Part shown: one piece after another, positions 20,684-29,842 of the stretch
How positions within the stretch are numbered: the stretch's first letter is position 1
Layout: every line of letters starts with the position of its first letter
Origin: Acutalibacteraceae bacterium
GTDB taxonomy: Bacteria; Bacillota; Clostridia; Oscillospirales; Acutalibacteraceae
Reading direction: 5' to 3'
Assembly: GCA_045533625.1 (NCBI GenBank)
Contig: JAZSID010000145.1
Span: 1,166 to 65,165, forward strand
DNA length: 64,000 nucleotides
Notes under the pieces: model-generated
Told to the model about the DNA's origin: nothing
Seen by the model: only the letters and a program-made list of their open reading frames with translations
Databases searched by the model: none
Translations under genes and position numbers: made by a program

Positions 20684-21040
20684 TTATTTAAGAGCTGCCT
20701 TAGCCTTCTCTGTGAGAGCTGTGAATGCAGCAGGATCAGCGATTGCGATCTCTGAAAGCATCTTACGGTTGAGTTCGATGCCAGCCTTGTTGAGGCCGTT
20801 CATGAATGTTGAATAGTTCATGCCGTTCATCTTGCAAGCTGCTGAAATTCTTGTGATCCAAAGACGACGGAAGTCGCGCTTCTTCTGCTTACGTCCGACA
20901 TATGCATACTGTGCGGAGTTCATAACTGCCTGCTTAGCAGTCTTGAAAAGACTTGACTTTGAGCCATAGTAGCCCTTAGCCATCTTCATTACTTTATTTC
21001 TTCTCTTACGAGTCATGGTAGCGCCTTTAATACGAGCCAT
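20684..21040 (-). CDS. rplT: 50S ribosomal protein L20
   Basis: 118 aa. [26 protein letters not shown] is the canonical L20 N-terminus. Confidence 0.97.
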   Translation of the reverse strand: MARIKGATMTRKRRNKVMKMAKGYYGSKSSLFKTAKQAVMNSAQYAYVGRKQKKRDFRRLWITRISAACKMNGMNYSTFMNGLNKAGIELNRKMLSEIAIADPAAFTALTEKAKAALK

Positions 21041-21098
21041 GGTAAGTTACCTCCAATTTAAAATTTAATTAGCTTTTGCTGCCGTAAGCAGCACGTTC

Positions 21099-21296
21099 TT
21101 ATTTGTAAGGAATCAAACGCTTGATCTGCTTAACGTTTGTTGTGTCAGCAACAACTGTCTGACGAAGACCTCTTTTACGCTTTGTTGTCTTCTTGTTAAG
21201 GATGTGTGACTTGTTAGCGTGGCCACGGATAGGCTTACCGTTCTTAGAGAGCTTAAAGCGCTTCTTAGCACCGCTGTGTGTTTTAATTTTAGGCAT
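21099..21296 (-). CDS. rpmI: 50S ribosomal protein L35
   Basis: 65 aa. [21 protein letters not shown]. Confidence 0.97.
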   Translation of the reverse strand: MPKIKTHSGAKKRFKLSKNGKPIRGHANKSHILNKKTTKRKRGLRQTVVADTTNVKQIKRLIPYK

Positions 21297-21312
21297 GGTT
21301 TTTTCCTCCTTA

Positions 21313-21834
21313 TTAATTCTTGGATGATTTGGCTGCTAAAAACATCAGCATCGAACGTCCTTCGAGTTTTGCGGGTTTTTCTACTGTACCGAACTCGCTG
21401 CAGGCATCTGCAAACTTGCTCATTGTTACCAGACCGTTTTCCGGATGAGCCATTTCACGGCCGCGGAATCTGATTGAAACCTTAACTCTGTTACCACCCT
21501 TCAAAAACTTGATAGCGTGGCCAACCTTTGTTTCAAAGTCATGTGTGTCAATGTTGAGTGACAAACGTACCTCTTTGATTTCAATAACTCTTTGGTTTTT
21601 CTTGGCTTCTTTTTCACGCTTTGCCTGTTCAAAGCGATACTTGCCGTAATCCATAATTTTGCAGACAGGCGGTTTTGCCTGAGGCGCAATTTTAACAAGG
21701 TCAGTGTTTTTTTCTTCTGCAAGGCGCAAAGCTTCTTCGATCGGCATAACGCCAAGCTGATTACCTTCGGAGTCGATTACTCTGACTTCCTTGTCACGGA
21801 TTTCTTCATTGATCTGAGTTTCTTTCGTAGCGAT
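21313..21834 (-). CDS. infC: translation initiation factor IF-3
   Basis: [23 protein letters not shown] and the IF3 C-domain. I place the start at a non-AUG ATC (21832-21834), 9 nt after GGAGGTG, consistent with the atypical autoregulated IF3 start codon. The ORF-track N-terminus MILLLSIWRCLN looks spurious. Confidence 0.9.
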   Translation of the reverse strand: MATKETQINEEIRDKEVRVIDSEGNQLGVMPIEEALRLAEEKNTDLVKIAPQAKPPVCKIMDYGKYRFEQAKREKEAKKNQRVIEIKEVRLSLNIDTHDFETKVGHAIKFLKGGNRVKVSIRFRGREMAHPENGLVTMSKFADACSEFGTVEKPAKLEGRSMLMFLAAKSSKN

Positions 21835-21993
21835 GTTCAAGCACCTCCAAATGCTTAATAATAAAATCAAAGCACGGATGGAACATACCCCACCCGTGCA
21901 AAATCACATAATACAAGACGGAAAACCGCCGTTGAATATTGACCGCACGGACGAGAACCGTTAAGGTGGGAACGAACCATTCCACTTTGTTGT
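21835..21993 (-). promoter_or_regulatory. probable L20-responsive leader with attenuator upstream of infC
   Basis: ~160-nt untranslated leader between a consensus promoter and infC. It ends with terminator-like hairpin GCACGG...CCGTGC (21872-21899) followed by TTTGATTTTATT on the minus strand. Position and architecture match the Firmicute L20 leader; not verified by covariance model. Confidence 0.5.
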
Positions 21994-21999
21994 GCGAGT

Positions 22000-22028
22000 A
22001 TTTTAACACTATATCCGTGGTTTGTCAA
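22000..22028 (-). promoter_or_regulatory. sigma-A type promoter of the infC operon
   Basis: Minus strand TTGACA (22023-22028), 17-nt spacer, TAAAAT (22000-22005). Confidence 0.65.
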
Positions 22029-22049
22029 TACCTTTTTTTAATTTTTATG

Positions 22050-22325
22050 TAGGGTGACGGTAATAATCCGAACCGTGTTTTTTATCGGATGATTTCCGCC
22101 ACTTCTTCGTTAAAATACTCGCCAATCCGCGAGGATTGGCTGTGTTTTTGCCTTGAACTGCCAAAAATCCTCTCAATAAAAAATCTTCGACCCGAAAGCT
22201 GAGGATTTTCAGATGATTTTTGGATGTTGAGGATGCCGACAGGCTGACGCCTTTCAAATCCGAAACGCCGAAAATCACTGAAAAGACTTGCTTTCGGGCA
22301 GGTTCGGATTATTACCGTCACCCTA
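22050..22325. mobile_element. MITE-like element, 276 bp, with 25-bp perfect terminal inverted repeats
   Basis: TAGGGTGACGGTAATAATCCGAACC at 22050-22074 is the exact reverse complement of 22301-22325. The arms extend imperfectly inward, with internal hairpins (CCAATCC/GGATTGG at 22131-22148; AAAATCCTC/GAGGATTTT at 22164-22210). If the TIR is taken as GGGTGACGG..., both ends are flanked by TA. No credible ORF. Confidence 0.45.
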
Positions 22326-25074
22326 ACGAAAGAATCTTTGTAACACCTGTGAAAATCAGCGTAAAGAACACCTGCATAAGGATTATAAAAATCGCAGGCA
22401 GGTCCGCCACAATGTTGATAATTGAAAGAATCAGTACAATCGCAAAGCTCATAAGTATTCCGATAAGCATAAGCGTATTTGATATTTTAAACACGTGGCG
22501 GAGCATATCGGCAACGCAGAACGTCCTCATAAAAGTATACGTTGTTCCGTCATTGATTGCAACTGCTCTTGAGTTAAGCTTCGGACGTGACTTGTACTTT
22601 TTGAAAATACGGCTTGATGAGGAATTGAGAATCTTTATGTTATCAAGACGCATATCGTAGCAATGCGAAAGCATTACGTCTGTCACGTTCGGGTCGCAGT
22701 TACGCACAAGAATCGTAACACCTGCATCACGAAGCTTCTTGAGGTAAGGCACAAGCTTTTTGTTCGGAGCATAGTCAACAACCATCATTGCCGCAAGCTT
22801 GTTTGCGATTGCAAGATATATTACCTCGTGACCTGAAATAAGATATCTGTCTTCATCAATTGTTCCCGGTACATCTACGTTATGATTGAGCATCATCTGC
22901 CTTGTGCCGAGGATAACCTTCTGGTTGTAAATCCAACCCGAAACGCCAAGCTTTTCTTCATAACTGAATGATTTGACAGTCGGAAGGATATCACGTCTGT
23001 TTACAACCATCTGGTCGAAAACGCCTGTCAGCGGGCCGCCCGAACGGATAACCATTGCCGCGGCATAAAGCATCGCATCGTCCACACGGACATTCTTGAA
23101 ATCCTTGAAGCCGTGCATTGAACAAAGATTCTGGTCAAACAAATCCTTGCTATCAAGGACGATTGTGTTTGTTCTGCAAAGCTCATTTACAGCATCCTGA
23201 CAGGAAATCATTCCGCCGAGCTTATTGAAAGACTTGTTCACCCAACGAAGCGGAAGCTGAACAAGAAGCGTTGCGTAAATCGGCACACAGGTCGCAAGGG
23301 TTACGACAAATGCCGCAAAGCCGACAGGGAAGTTTCCGCTTACAGCCCATGAAATAACAAAGTTAATAAGACCCATAACCGCTATGATAAAGAACATGAA
23401 TTTCATATTCTTATCCGTATGGGTTTCGCTTGTGCAAAGCTCAATAAGATGCGACGGGAAACGTGTTTTTCCCGAATAACGGATTCGCGGACTCGGCACT
23501 TTCACGTGTTTGCCGAATTCCACTACATCCTTATCGTCCGTTATGGCATCGACACTGTAAAGGCTGTCCTTGTTTATACCCGTACACATTTCAAGTGCAT
23601 CAGACGTTCTGCTGAATGTCACATAAGAACTGATTTCAGCGAGAAGAAGCGATGCGACACCTGCTCCTGCAAAAACGCTGACCGTGTTTTCATCAAGGAA
23701 ATAGAGCACAAACATAAGAAGTGTCTGCACAAAGCAGAGTATAGACACAATCGCCGCCGCTGAATTGACATTAAACTTCTTCTTTTTGAGATTTTCAAAG
23801 GCAGTTGCAATCATCTGATTGCTTGTTATGAGCGAGGCAACAATCGTTACAAATCCCGAAAAAATCGTAAGAATGTTATCACCCGCAACAGTTGTATGAG
23901 CTGCCGCCGCAATACTTGTCAGCATCGCAAAAGCAAGAAGTGCGGTCTGGATTATTACGCGGTGCATACTCTTTTTCTTTTGAGTGTTAAGATATCTGCG
24001 GACACGTCTTGCGTCCTTTATCTGTGAATATTCAACACCGACAAATTCGGGCTCTTCCTTACGGCGCGGTCTGTCGTCATTCGTGCCGAACAAATCGCCG
24101 AGGCGTTCTTTTTCGCTGTCCGTGCCGTATGGGTCGTTTTCGTTTTCGTCGCCGAAGAGTACGAAGTTATCAATCTTTGCTTTTCTCTTTTTGAAAAGCT
24201 CTTTTTCAGCTTCACTTTCTTCGATTTTTTCCGGTCTTTCGTACTGGTCGATATCGCCGAAGCCTTCCATTTTTATCTGTCCGCTTTCTTCCTCTTCGCG
24301 GATCTGCTTTTTGAAATCCTCGTTGTACGGAGAATTTTCATCAAAAGCTTCCTCAACGGATATAATCGTCGGCGCACCTTCAAGGTCGGAGTCATCCTTG
24401 CTGATACCCTTGCGTATCACGCGGCCGGGTTTTTCAAGGGAAATAGTCTTCGTTTTTCCGTCCGCATCGCCAATGCCGGCTTCAAATTCACTGAGATCAC
24501 CGATGCGGATTGTTTCTCCGTTATAATCCTCATCGTTCATATAATCTTCATTGATATCAAATTCATCTTCTTCAAAATCGTCAAGCTCATCGTCGAGGAA
24601 AAATGATTTTTCCTCCTGCTTCTGAGTGCTTTTGAAAGAATTAAGGAATTCTTTGCCTTTTTCCAAAAAGCTTTTCTTTGTTCCTGTCTTTTTTATAACT
24701 TTTTTCTTTAAAGACTTTATCTTCTTGACAGGTGCAGCCTCGTCGCTGAAAATAGACCTGAGCCTGTCTTTATTTTCTGCAGGTTCATTGGATTCTGAAA
24801 TATCAACAACCTTAACTTCTTCAGCAGGGAGAGGCTCTGCAAGCTCTTCAACAACAGGTATTTCAACAGTCTGTGTGTACACATTTTCTTCTTCCTGCGT
24901 GTCCACTTCAGCCTGCATTTTTTCGGCGATACCAAGCAAACGGTCAATGTCTTCATTTGACCAGATTTTTGCAGGCTCACCGTTTCCGTCAACGCCGTTT
25001 CTGCGACGTTCTTCTCTTATATTTTCAAGCAGATTGCGAAGTTCATCTCTGTTCAGTTCAGACAAGGTTTTCAC
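22318..25074 (-). CDS. degenerate (probably non-catalytic) P1B-type ATPase homologue with a long acidic N-terminal extension
   Basis: 918 aa; GTG start overlaps the rlmB stop (GTGA). The C-terminal ~540 aa aligns by eye to CopA-type ATPases, but DKTGT is DSKDL (IVLDSKDLF), TGDN is NCDP (ILVRNCDPNVT), GDGxND is NDGTTY, CPC is CVP, and no TGES was found. The first ~370 aa are E/D/K-rich and low-complexity. Confidence 0.6.
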   Translation of the reverse strand: MKTLSELNRDELRNLLENIREERRRNGVDGNGEPAKIWSNEDIDRLLGIAEKMQAEVDTQEEENVYTQTVEIPVVEELAEPLPAEEVKVVDISESNEPAENKDRLRSIFSDEAAPVKKIKSLKKKVIKKTGTKKSFLEKGKEFLNSFKSTQKQEEKSFFLDDELDDFEEDEFDINEDYMNDEDYNGETIRIGDLSEFEAGIGDADGKTKTISLEKPGRVIRKGISKDDSDLEGAPTIISVEEAFDENSPYNEDFKKQIREEEESGQIKMEGFGDIDQYERPEKIEESEAEKELFKKRKAKIDNFVLFGDENENDPYGTDSEKERLGDLFGTNDDRPRRKEEPEFVGVEYSQIKDARRVRRYLNTQKKKSMHRVIIQTALLAFAMLTSIAAAAHTTVAGDNILTIFSGFVTIVASLITSNQMIATAFENLKKKKFNVNSAAAIVSILCFVQTLLMFVLYFLDENTVSVFAGAGVASLLLAEISSYVTFSRTSDALEMCTGINKDSLYSVDAITDDKDVVEFGKHVKVPSPRIRYSGKTRFPSHLIELCTSETHTDKNMKFMFFIIAVMGLINFVISWAVSGNFPVGFAAFVVTLATCVPIYATLLVQLPLRWVNKSFNKLGGMISCQDAVNELCRTNTIVLDSKDLFDQNLCSMHGFKDFKNVRVDDAMLYAAAMVIRSGGPLTGVFDQMVVNRRDILPTVKSFSYEEKLGVSGWIYNQKVILGTRQMMLNHNVDVPGTIDEDRYLISGHEVIYLAIANKLAAMMVVDYAPNKKLVPYLKKLRDAGVTILVRNCDPNVTDVMLSHCYDMRLDNIKILNSSSSRIFKKYKSRPKLNSRAVAINDGTTYTFMRTFCVADMLRHVFKISNTLMLIGILMSFAIVLILSIINIVADLPAIFIILMQVFFTLIFTGVTKILSLG

Positions 25075-25841
25075 CCCTTTGCTTTTATTCCTGCTCTCTG
25101 TCGTGCGACTTCATACATAAGAACACCTGCCGCAACCGACGCATTAAGTGAATTTATTTTGCCCTTCATCGGCATTGATACGGTAAAATCACATTTTTCT
25201 TTCACAAGGCGGCTGATTCCTCTGCCCTCTGAGCCGATTACAAGTCCGACACCGCCGTCGTAATTAACACTGCACCAATCCTCGCCGTCCATATCTGCGG
25301 CATAAAACCAGATGCCTCTTTCCTTAAGCTCGTCAATCGTCTGTGCGATATTCGAAACTCTTGCAACAGGCACATACTCTACGGCTCCTGCAGAAGCTTT
25401 GCCTACGACGTAGCTGAGAGATGCATTGCGTCGCTTCGGAATAATCACGCCGTGAACGCCCGTTGCCTCTGCCGTTCTGATAACAGCACCAAGATTGTGC
25501 GGATCTTCAAGCTCGTCACATATAATAATGAAAGGCTTTTCGCCTCTTTCCTCTGCAAGCGCAAAGATATCGTCAACCGTCGAATATTCATGCGATGCGG
25601 CATAAGCTGCAATACCCTGATGCACGGCACCTCCGCACATAAGGTCAAGCTTTTTCCGGTCAACCTCTTTGATAACAACACCGAGGTCGCGGCATTCCGC
25701 AATAATTCTGCCGATTGAGCCGTTTCGCTCACCTTTTGAAACAAGGAGAGTGTCAATCGCTCTGCCACCTCTTAAAGCTTCGCTGACGGCATTTCTGCCG
25801 ATTATTAAATCCTCACGAGGAGAAGTCATTTCTTTTTCCAT
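25071..25841 (-). CDS. rlmB: 23S rRNA (guanosine-2'-O)-methyltransferase RlmB (TrmH group 3)
   Basis: SpoU substrate-binding N-domain (IGRNAVSEALRGGR) and SpoU motifs LEDPHNLGAVIRTAEATG, GSEGRGIS and NSLNASVAAGVLMYE. Start placed at ATG 25839-25841 (MEKEMTS). Confidence 0.9.
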   Translation of the reverse strand: MEKEMTSPREDLIIGRNAVSEALRGGRAIDTLLVSKGERNGSIGRIIAECRDLGVVIKEVDRKKLDLMCGGAVHQGIAAYAASHEYSTVDDIFALAEERGEKPFIIICDELEDPHNLGAVIRTAEATGVHGVIIPKRRNASLSYVVGKASAGAVEYVPVARVSNIAQTIDELKERGIWFYAADMDGEDWCSVNYDGGVGLVIGSEGRGISRLVKEKCDFTVSMPMKGKINSLNASVAAGVLMYEVARQRAGIKAKG

Positions 25842-25961
25842 ATAACTCACCAAATTAAAAAATATTAAATCAATATATTATAACACGTTGGTGCAGTAAA
25901 TTACAATATGTTTTTTAAATCACGTCTTTATGATATTTTTTCCGTTTTATCTGCAAGATGA

Positions 25962-25995
25962 TGCGACACAATTTTTCACCCTGAAGTTATAGAAT
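25962..25995 (+). promoter_or_regulatory. possible spoIIE promoter with a Spo0A-box-like element
   Basis: TGCGACA (reverse complement TGTCGCA, one mismatch to the 0A box TGTCGAA) at 25962-25968, 21 nt upstream of TAGAAT (25990-25995). Weak, pattern-only call. Confidence 0.3.
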
Positions 25996-26025
25996 AGATA
26001 AAAACTTCAGGAAAGGAATAAAAAT

Positions 26026-28347
26026 ATGGAAATAACAAAGGTCAGGGATTTTGTTGTCCGCAAAAGTGCCGACACAGTAAACTCTTTTGAATTCAATCCC
26101 GTCGTAAAAAGTCTGCTGACTTTTATCCTGTCTTTTTTGCTCACCAACCCTTTTGTTTCGGGTGAATTTTCGCCGTTTGCAGTTTCCCTTGCCGCCGCAT
26201 CGAACGTTACAAATTCATTCTGGGCAGGAGCAGGAGGAATTATCGGCGCCTTTTTCTTTTTTGACGGTACAGACTGTGTGAAATACTGTGCTGCGACCCT
26301 TCTGTGCATACTCATCCGCAATCTTTATGAAAGATATCTGCCTGAAAAATCTCACTACATTGCACTTCTGCTGAATTCCTTTTTCAGCCTTTTTCTTACA
26401 GGCTCGGCAATCATACTTGCGACAGGCTTTGACGTTGAAGCAATTCTTTCCGTTACATACGAATCTTTACTTTGCTGTGCAGGGGCATATCTTTTCTTTC
26501 GCTCTTTGGAAATCATCTGGGGCAGAAAAGACATTTCGTTTTTCACAACATCAGAAATCCTGACCGTTTTCCTGACCGCAGGAATTATCCTTATGCCTTT
26601 TTATAAATACAAGCTTTTTCATCTTTCTCCCGTAACGGTTGTTTTTGCTTTTCTTATTATGATTTCTGCAAAACTCCGCAACTCAAACGGTGGCGCGCTT
26701 TGCGGAATCTGTCTCGGCTCGGTTGCAGGATTGAGCACCGAAATAGGCTTTGTGAGTATCGGTTATGCGCTCGGCGGACTTGTCGGCGGTGAATTTTCCC
26801 GAAAAGGCAAGCTTTTCTGTGCCGTTGGTTACCTTCTTCCTCTTACAGTCTGCGCCTTTGCCGACGGTAACCTGACATCATATATGGCAATTTTTGAAGG
26901 AATAATCGCCTGCTCCGTTTTTATCGCAATTCCCGAAAGGCTTTACGATTCACTTTCATCAAAAGTCAATGCACCGATACCGACCTGCATAAGAAGCGAA
27001 AATTCTCGGATGCTGACAGACAGATTGCTTGAAACCTCAGATGCAATAAGCGAAGTTTCATCCTGTATATCAACCGTTCAAAGCACGCTCAATCCGCTGA
27101 TGCAGACACGGCTCAATCACGTTCTGAAAAGCGCTTGGGGCAAGGTCTGCTCTGAATGTGAGCTGAAGGAAAGCTGCAGAAGCGAAGTGAAGAACCCGAA
27201 GGACGAGGATATTGAAAAAATCGCGCATACACTTTCAAACAATGCTGAGCTCGACGAAACACGTTTCCCGAAAGGCTTTTACACTTCCTGCTACAGCTTC
27301 AGCGAAATGAGAAGCGAGCTTTACAACCGTTATCTTTCGTTTGTCGCTTCACTAGGGGCACAAGGCAGGGTTGAACAGATTCAGGGACTTATGTGCGAAC
27401 AGTTCAGCAATATGGCGGATATCCTCAGCCACCTTGCACTTGATTTTGACGAGGATATCAGGGCAAATGCTGATATTGCCGAGCTTTGCGCAAACGAGGC
27501 GCGTGAATTCGGACTTAACGTAAACACAGCAGAATGTTACCTTGACAAATACGGCAGAGCGACTGTTGCACTGAATGTTACTCAGCCTCGCTCCGATTTC
27601 AATATCACAAACTTCACCCACAGCCTTTCAACCGTAACAGGTACAAAATTGAATCTTCCCGACCTTGAAGAAGACGGAGAAAACAGCATCCTGACATTCA
27701 GTCAAAGTATAGATTTCAACGTTGCAATCGGTGCAATCAGCCGTGCAACAGATGACGAGCCCGTATGCGGCGACTATTACAGAAGCTTCAGGGACGCTGA
27801 CGACAGATACATAGTAATCCTCAGCGACGGTATGGGTACGGGCAACCGAGCCGCTATTGATTCGGCTATGGCAACAGAGCTTTTTTCAAGGCTTGTAAAA
27901 TCAGGGGTCAGCTTTGACAGCGCCCTTTCCATAACAAACTCTGCCTTGCTTGTAAAAAGTACGGACGAATCTCTTTCAACTCTCGACGTTGTCTGCATAG
28001 ATCTTTACACGGGCAAAGCGGATTTTATGAAAGCAGGTGCGGCGGCAACGTTTATCCGTCACAAAGACAGCGTAGCACAGCTTGAACAGACTTCTCTGCC
28101 GATAGGAATTCTTAAGGATATCGGTTTTGCAAACGCAACGGCAAACCTCACTAAAGGCGATATTATATTAATGGTATCCGACGGCGTGCTTGGTGACTGT
28201 AACAACTGGATTCAACACGAATTGCGGACATGGGACACAAGCAATTCGCCCGATGAGCTCGCACGTTTTATCATCAACTCCGCGTGCGAAAGAAAAATCG
28301 GCAAACACCTTGATGATATGACGGCGATTGCGGTTTATATTGAATAA
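26026..28347 (+). CDS. spoIIE: stage II sporulation protein E (PP2C phosphatase)
   Basis: 773 aa. About 10 N-terminal TM helices, a central regulatory region, and a C-terminal PP2C domain (CGDYY, VILSDGMGTGNRAA, MVSDGV, DDMTAIAVYI). Confidence 0.92.
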   Translation: MEITKVRDFVVRKSADTVNSFEFNPVVKSLLTFILSFLLTNPFVSGEFSPFAVSLAAASNVTNSFWAGAGGIIGAFFFFDGTDCVKYCAATLLCILIRNLYERYLPEKSHYIALLLNSFFSLFLTGSAIILATGFDVEAILSVTYESLLCCAGAYLFFRSLEIIWGRKDISFFTTSEILTVFLTAGIILMPFYKYKLFHLSPVTVVFAFLIMISAKLRNSNGGALCGICLGSVAGLSTEIGFVSIGYALGGLVGGEFSRKGKLFCAVGYLLPLTVCAFADGNLTSYMAIFEGIIACSVFIAIPERLYDSLSSKVNAPIPTCIRSENSRMLTDRLLETSDAISEVSSCISTVQSTLNPLMQTRLNHVLKSAWGKVCSECELKESCRSEVKNPKDEDIEKIAHTLSNNAELDETRFPKGFYTSCYSFSEMRSELYNRYLSFVASLGAQGRVEQIQGLMCEQFSNMADILSHLALDFDEDIRANADIAELCANEAREFGLNVNTAECYLDKYGRATVALNVTQPRSDFNITNFTHSLSTVTGTKLNLPDLEEDGENSILTFSQSIDFNVAIGAISRATDDEPVCGDYYRSFRDADDRYIVILSDGMGTGNRAAIDSAMATELFSRLVKSGVSFDSALSITNSALLVKSTDESLSTLDVVCIDLYTGKADFMKAGAAATFIRHKDSVAQLEQTSLPIGILKDIGFANATANLTKGDIILMVSDGVLGDCNNWIQHELRTWDTSNSPDELARFIINSACERKIGKHLDDMTAIAVYIE

Positions 28348-28354
28348 ATTTATC

Positions 28355-28383
28355 TTGCTTTAAACCGTCCGCCCTTGTATAAT
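28355..28383 (+). promoter_or_regulatory. sigma-A type promoter upstream of the eutH-like leader
   Basis: TTGCTT (28355-28360), 17 nt, TATAAT (28378-28383). Confidence 0.55.
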
Positions 28384-28394
28384 GTAGGAAAAAT

Positions 28395-28669
28395 ACTTTA
28401 ATTACCACCCCAATATATGCCTGAAACACAATATATCACGCACATTCGACCATTTTTCTTTTCACCATACGGCAGTATGCTTTCAAAGAAGAAATGTCCG
28501 ACTGTACGCAATCTATTTGTGTTTCAGGTGCGTAGCAGTTTTCAAAAGAAAGATTTTTGTCTGAACAAGGCAAAAATCTGCAGACATACTGACGTATTTC
28601 AAGAATTTTTAACGCAGTTCAGGCGGAAATATTTCTTTTAAAACCATATCTTTGGGCGGTAATTAAAGT
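28395..28669 (+). promoter_or_regulatory. structured 5' leader (candidate riboswitch or attenuator, class unknown)
   Basis: A 16-nt closing helix ACTTTAATTACCACCC (28395-28410) pairs with GGGCGGTAATTAAAGT (28654-28669) with one mismatch. A perfect 12-bp helix joins CCTGAAACACAA (28420-28431) and TTGTGTTTCAGG (28517-28528). Further local hairpin, e.g. GATTTTTG/CAAAAATC at 28553-28579. Confidence 0.35.
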
Positions 28670-28691
28670 ATAAAAAAACGGATGTGATATT

Positions 28692-29771
28692 TTGGCACAG
28701 ATACTTGCAACAGTAATGGCGGTTTTCGCCGTAATAGGTGCGCTTGATAAAGTCTTCGGCAACAAACTGAAACTCGGTGATGGATTTGAAAAAGGGCTTA
28801 CAACTCTCGGTCCTCTTTCGCTTTCAATGCTGGGTATGATGACAATTGCCCCAGTTCTTGCCGACCTGCTTCTGCCGGTTATCACACCCGTTGCAAACCT
28901 CTTTCATTTCGACCCGTCTGCGCTTGCAGGCATACTCATCGCAAACGATATGGGCGGTGCGGCGCTTGCAGATTCTGTTGCGACAGATGAAATTCTCGGT
29001 GCATTTCACGGTCTTTGCGTTGCATCAATGCTCGGCGCAACAATATCCTTCACAATTCCCGTTGCACTTCAGTCCTCTAAAAAAGAAAATCACGACGATG
29101 TTCTTTTAGGGCTTCTCTGCGGTATATGCACAATTCCGCTCGGCTGTTTTGTATCAGGTATTACAATGGGTATTTCGCCGTTTACGGTGCTTCTGAACCT
29201 CATTCCTGCCCTTCTCATTTCCGTTATCATTATTATCGGTCTTCTTAAATTCCCGAAGGTTACGATTAAAATATTTTCAGTTTTCGGAAAATTTATTTCA
29301 ATACTAATCACCTGCGGTCTCGCACTCGGAATTTTCCAGACGCTGACGGGTAAAATAATTCTTGAAAACACAGCACCACTTATGGAAAGTGCGGCAACAG
29401 TTTTCACAATCTGCATTACTCTCGCAGGTACTTTTCCGCTTATTGCAATCATTTCAAAACTTCTTAAAAAGCCTCTTTCCGCACTCGGTAAGAAGCTCAA
29501 TCTTGATGAAAACTCCGTTGTCGGTCTTATCGCAACGCTTGCAAATTCAATCGCAACAATGGAAAGCGCAGACAGAATGAACCGCAAAGGCAGAGTGATG
29601 AACCTTGCGTTCGCGGTTTCCGCCGCTTTCGTTTTCGGCGACCATCTTGCATTCACTCTCTCTTATAATGAAAAGCATATTGTTCCCGTGGTTGTCGGCA
29701 AACTCGTTGCAGGTTTCACCGCTTTGGCTGTCGCGATTATCCTTGAAAAGAAGACAGCCAAAACAAAATAA
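28692..29771 (+). CDS. eutH: EutH-family permease (ethanolamine utilisation protein EutH-like)
   Basis: 359 aa, polytopic. It aligns by eye with EutH (LSMLGMMTIAPVLADLL, ANDMGGAALA, FTIPVAL, GICTIPLGCFVSG). TTG start as in the ORF track; the start is uncertain (weak RBS). No other eut genes in the window. Confidence 0.75.
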   Translation: MAQILATVMAVFAVIGALDKVFGNKLKLGDGFEKGLTTLGPLSLSMLGMMTIAPVLADLLLPVITPVANLFHFDPSALAGILIANDMGGAALADSVATDEILGAFHGLCVASMLGATISFTIPVALQSSKKENHDDVLLGLLCGICTIPLGCFVSGITMGISPFTVLLNLIPALLISVIIIIGLLKFPKVTIKIFSVFGKFISILITCGLALGIFQTLTGKIILENTAPLMESAATVFTICITLAGTFPLIAIISKLLKKPLSALGKKLNLDENSVVGLIATLANSIATMESADRMNRKGRVMNLAFAVSAAFVFGDHLAFTLSYNEKHIVPVVVGKLVAGFTALAVAIILEKKTAKTK

Positions 29772-29799
29772 AAAACTTTGAAAAATTTTCAAAAAAGTG

Positions 29800-29828
29800 T
29801 TGACAAATCCATTTTCGCTGTGTATAAT
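29800..29828 (+). promoter_or_regulatory. consensus sigma-A promoter of tRNA-Gln
   Basis: TTGACA (29800-29805), 17 nt, TATAAT (29823-29828), 14 nt before the mature tRNA 5' end. Confidence 0.75.
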
Positions 29829-29842
29829 AACTCTTGTTCTTT

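Noticed and set aside
22045-22321. The 77- and 79-aa ORFs on the minus strand, and the 146-aa + strand ORF across the MITE-like element.
   Set aside because: They lie within or overlap an inverted-repeat element, lack an RBS and have implausible composition.
28492-28503. AAATGTCCGACT in the eutH-like leader matches the 3' part of the purine riboswitch core.
   Set aside because: The rest of the three-way junction (the J1/2 UAUAAU context, L2/L3 loops and a P1 of the right size) cannot be drawn around it.
28417-28641. A 74-aa ORF inside the eutH-like leader.
   Set aside because: It has no RBS and an odd composition, and it overlaps the long-range helices. It is more likely non-coding.
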